Source: Desulfovibrio sp. (lineage in GTDB: Bacteria; Desulfobacterota; Desulfovibrionia; Desulfovibrionales; Desulfovibrionaceae). From it: a stretch of DNA of 64,000 bases. Shown here piece after piece: positions 60,664 to 64,000 of this stretch; within the stretch, counting starts at the first letter, position 1, and each line of letters starts with the position of its first letter. Where the stretch lies: positions 2,805-66,804 of the forward strand of contig JAISTH010000079.1 of NCBI GenBank assembly GCA_031272715.1, read 5' to 3'. The notes beneath the pieces are model-generated. The model was not told the origin of the DNA and ran no database searches. It saw only the letters and a program-made list of their open reading frames with translations. A program made the translations under genes and the position numbers.

Positions 60664-63114
60664 CTAATCACTGCTCAACTGTGCAATACTGGATTCCAAA
60701 CTCGACTGTATCTCACCATAATTTGCAAGCAACGTTTCCAATCTTGCAAATGCCGCCTTCTGTCTAGCCTCCCAAAGCGCTATCCGCTCTTCCTCCTGCG
60801 CAATCTTCTTGTCAATATTCTCCATGATCTTCTTGTAGTTATCCCGCAAGACCATCAATGCGCCGTTTTGTGACTTAACTTCTATACCTTCTGCAGTTGA
60901 TGCGGATACATCCGTGAACTGCAACTCCGCCTTTAGAAAGGAGTTGACCGTCTGGACCAAACCTTCCTTGATGCGTACCTGTCCAGTGTGATCCCCTTGA
61001 CTTAAATTATCTATTACGATAGACAGACCTTTTGCATCTCCACTCGCGACACTGTAATAATATCCAGGCATGCTGGTGTCACGCTTTGCTTCCACACCAC
61101 CAATGTAAACATGTTCTATTGCGCCCGAAGCATCCACCGTATAGCTAACATCGTAGGTTCCAGCCTTGGTGATGCCTTCAATGTGACTCCCATAGCGAAA
61201 ATCCGATGAAGTCGTCGTGCCTGTCCCGCTTGTGCAGAAGAAGTCAACCACATCCTGCAGGTGGTTGGTTATCATGTCATTGTATCGCTCCATATCCAGC
61301 GTCTTGAGTTCCGCGATGGAGGAGTCGGGAGCGATTTCAAGGAGTCCGTAGGTCTCAGACGTCTGATCGGTATTTGTCTTGATGCCCATTGCTGAGAGCG
61401 TTGCGATGAGATCGCCGGACAAGATATCGGTTGCAGACGTCCGTTGCGTAAATCCAGGTGGCGAACTGGTCAAGAGACTGGAGAATCGAGTCTTGAAGAG
61501 TTGTACGCCATAGTTGCCTTGGAGCAGTCCGCCTTTTTCTGCAGTCAACTGGGATGGACTGTAGTTGCTGGAATCAGGGTCAGTACTCGTGACCTCCTTG
61601 TCGGAGTCGTATTTTGTGAGTTCTCTGATAGTGATGAGAACGGAGTTTACGGCATCAAGGAAGTTCTGGATTGACTGTTCAACAGATGTGATATCAGTGC
61701 TGATGGACAGCTTGGCCGTTCCAACATCCTGAAGTGAGAAGACGACACCTTCAATGACATCGCTGACGCTATTGGATGCGGACTCCATTTCCATCGGCCA
61801 GTTGTCGACCTGGAACTTCGCATTTGCGGCGTTCTGTATACTCCAGTTTGAGGAGCTCACGACCTGACCGGCAAGACCAGGCCCTGAAATGTTCAGGATA
61901 TTGTCAGCCTCTAATGAAATCTTAGTGTTATCTGTGGGATCAACAACTATGTCTGAGTGAATTCCATAAGTAGCATCTAATTCACTCTGGATTTTATTCA
62001 GTATGTTCTCGTATGTTGCATCTGCAGCACCTGATTTATATCCAGTATTTATTGTATAAGAATTACCATCATTTGCGGTAAATGTATAAGTTAGATCATT
62101 TGGTTCATTGAGATAATCATTCGTTCCATCAGTAAACGTAAAGAGATTGCTAACCTCAGTACTATCAGAAACAGAGTCATAAGTAACTTGACTAGGAGAT
62201 AATATATCATCAGAGTTTTCGTCTAATACACTAACACTTTTAATGCCATTTAGAACTAATCCTTTACCAGTTGCATCTAGACTTGCAGTGGGAGGACTAT
62301 TTGTGATTTGCATATTAATTGCATTGACAATATCGTTACTAGTCATCTCATTGGTAATTTCAATATCAACGTAAGAGTCATCACTCGACAGTTGCAGACG
62401 CATTGTATATTTATTTGGGTCGTTTATAATTGTCGACCCATCGACCGGGGAATTGGTCTCCCACGTGGTCGTGGCGCCGGTCAGGTCCATGCCCAGCAGC
62501 TGCGACGAATGGATGTAGAGGTCGTTCTTCGCGCCGGTGTCCTGCCCCGCCACCTGGAACACGTACCCCGAACCGTTCTGGATCAGGCTCACCTTGACCC
62601 CGGGGTTGCCCACGGCGTTGTTCACCAGATACATGAAGGATTCCAGGGTGGTGTTCGGGGCGACGCTCACCGAGTAGTCCTTGCCGGCGTATGTGTACTC
62701 GAAGGTCTGGGTGGTTCCGGTGGTGTTGATGATGTCCGACTTCGAGGAGAAAACGTGCCCGGTGTTGGCCCAGATGGCGTTGCTGGCCACCTGGTTCACC
62801 GTGATGGTGTGCTGGACGTCCTGGGCGAGGGCGCTGGCCACGGCGGTGACGACATTGGAATCGCTGGAGGTGACGTTCTTCGTCACAAAATGGTTGCGGT
62901 CGGTCAAGGTCGTCAGCATGGAACTGGCCGCCTTCACCTGGTCGATGATCTGCCCGAAGGCCTCGTACCGGAGGCTCCAGTCGGCCTTCCAGGCCTCCAG
63001 GCGGTTCACCTGCGTCTGCTCGATCTTCTTGAGCTGGGCGAGCACCGTATCGAAATTGGTGTCCATTCCGCTCAAGCCCGAGATGGCGTTGGATCCTGAT
63101 AGTGTCGATGCCAT
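60664..63114 (-). CDS. fliD: Flagellar filament cap protein FliD (816 aa)
   Basis: N-terminal ISGLSG.D....L...E, TGA.N, A.NA.F.VD...S.SN.V.DVI.GV...L and C-terminal FARLE..L; upstream of fliS. Confidence 0.93.
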   Translation of the reverse strand: MASTLSGSNAISGLSGMDTNFDTVLAQLKKIEQTQVNRLEAWKADWSLRYEAFGQIIDQVKAASSMLTTLTDRNHFVTKNVTSSDSNVVTAVASALAQDVQHTITVNQVASNAIWANTGHVFSSKSDIINTTGTTQTFEYTYAGKDYSVSVAPNTTLESFMYLVNNAVGNPGVKVSLIQNGSGYVFQVAGQDTGAKNDLYIHSSQLLGMDLTGATTTWETNSPVDGSTIINDPNKYTMRLQLSSDDSYVDIEITNEMTSNDIVNAINMQITNSPPTASLDATGKGLVLNGIKSVSVLDENSDDILSPSQVTYDSVSDSTEVSNLFTFTDGTNDYLNEPNDLTYTFTANDGNSYTINTGYKSGAADATYENILNKIQSELDATYGIHSDIVVDPTDNTKISLEADNILNISGPGLAGQVVSSSNWSIQNAANAKFQVDNWPMEMESASNSVSDVIEGVVFSLQDVGTAKLSISTDITSVEQSIQNFLDAVNSVLITIRELTKYDSDKEVTSTDPDSSNYSPSQLTAEKGGLLQGNYGVQLFKTRFSSLLTSSPPGFTQRTSATDILSGDLIATLSAMGIKTNTDQTSETYGLLEIAPDSSIAELKTLDMERYNDMITNHLQDVVDFFCTSGTGTTTSSDFRYGSHIEGITKAGTYDVSYTVDASGAIEHVYIGGVEAKRDTSMPGYYYSVASGDAKGLSIVIDNLSQGDHTGQVRIKEGLVQTVNSFLKAELQFTDVSASTAEGIEVKSQNGALMVLRDNYKKIMENIDKKIAQEEERIALWEARQKAAFARLETLLANYGEIQSSLESSIAQLSSD

Positions 63115-63218
63115 GTCTGCCTCGCAATGAGCCCGGCATTGGGCCCGCCCTCCCTCTGCAAATTCCGTGCAGGGCAAATGCTGCCTACGGGGATGGCGGC
63201 GAACTCCTCACCTCCTTC

Positions 63219-63245
63219 TTATCGGCGGATGTCCGCCGAAGTTTA
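63219..63245 (-). promoter_or_regulatory. sigma28 (FliA) promoter for fliD-fliS
   Basis: Minus strand TAAA-N15-GCCGATAA, a perfect consensus. Confidence 0.9.
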
Positions 63246-63316
63246 GACTTTGCCCCGAAACCGCCATGCGCGGTCCCCGGGGCGACATCCCTTCCGGGGA
63301 ATCCCTCTTTCCGGGG

Positions 63317-63952
63317 CTACCCCCCGAGGGAAGATCCCCTCGCGAAGGTCTCCCAACGGCTCATGAGGCCGCGCAGGGCCTTGCCCCGATGGCTGCGGGC
63401 GTTCTTCTCCTCCTGGGAGAGCTCCGCCGCCGTCCGGCCAAGTTCGGGATCGAGGAAGACGGGATCGTAGCCGAAGCCGTTCGTCCCCCGCGGGACGTCC
63501 AGGACGCGCCCCTCCCATCTGCCGCTCACCTCGAGGGATCCGTCGTCCGGCCGGACCGCCGCGATGGCGCACACGAAGCGGCATGCGCGGGATTCCGGCT
63601 CCCGGTGGCCTTCCATGACGTGCAGGAGCTTGCGGATGTTGCGGGCGTCCCGGCTCTCCCCCGGGAGCGATGTCCAGTCGTCGGAGAACCTTGCCGAATA
63701 CACCCCCGGCGCCCCCTTCAGGATGTCCACCTCGAGCCCCGAATCGTCGGCCACGCTCGGCAGGCCCGTTCGCGCCGCGGCGTGTCTCGCCTTGAGCAGG
63801 GCGTTCTCGGCGAAGGTCGCGCCCGTCTCCTCCACCTCCGGCACGTCGGGGTGGGCGTCCAATCCCACCACCTTGACGCCGTAGGGCGCCAGCATCGCCC
63901 CGAGTTCCCTGATCTTGCCCGCATTGCGGGTGGCAAGCAGCACCGTCTCCAC
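63317..63952 (-). CDS. rdgB: Non-canonical purine NTP pyrophosphatase (XTP/dITP diphosphatase)
   Basis: ATRNAGK, ENALLKA, ADDSGL, PGVYSAR, GFGYDPVF and SHRG. Confidence 0.96.
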   Translation of the reverse strand: METVLLATRNAGKIRELGAMLAPYGVKVVGLDAHPDVPEVEETGATFAENALLKARHAAARTGLPSVADDSGLEVDILKGAPGVYSARFSDDWTSLPGESRDARNIRKLLHVMEGHREPESRACRFVCAIAAVRPDDGSLEVSGRWEGRVLDVPRGTNGFGYDPVFLDPELGRTAAELSQEEKNARSHRGKALRGLMSRWETFARGSSLGG

Positions 63953-64000
63953 GCAAACATCCCTCCCAAGGCCATCGTTCCTGGCACGCCGGACCTGGCC

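Overview
GC-rich chromosomal window, most likely from a Desulfovibrionaceae-type sulfite/sulfate reducer (inferred from gene content and synteny). The left 17 kb is a divergently transcribed organosulfonate-desulfonation locus with predicted sigma54 promoters. Its left arm has an isethionate sulfite-lyase-type glycyl radical enzyme (islA/iseG) and its activase. Its right arm is a 14-gene operon: Fe-ADH, TakP-type TRAP transporter, an unknown exported protein, an amidohydrolase lacking the HxH motif, a minimal bacterial microcompartment (PduS-like, PduT-like, EutT-like, EutD/Pta, one BMC-H, one BMC-P, EutE with encapsulation peptide) and a TauE-family transporter. The two arms share three copies of a GTYGCA-N4-TGC palindrome, a candidate enhancer. 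The rest of the window has catalase, a tandem REC-HD-GYP pair, a ~3.6 kb AT-rich island (frameshifted AAA/PD-(D/E)XK gene plus an orphan AAA_21/RloA-like ATPase), dnaK, gatCA, rpoZ-dnaJ, a CuyA/CuyB-like PLP lyase plus racemase pair, copA/copZ, a Csd4-like carboxypeptidase, gpsA, a complete cooMKLXUH-hypA-cooF hydrogenase operon, fliS, a compositionally mosaic fliD with a consensus sigma28 promoter, and rdgB. I recognised no rRNA, tRNA, CRISPR array or transposase. All family assignments come from motif recognition and recall, not database searches.
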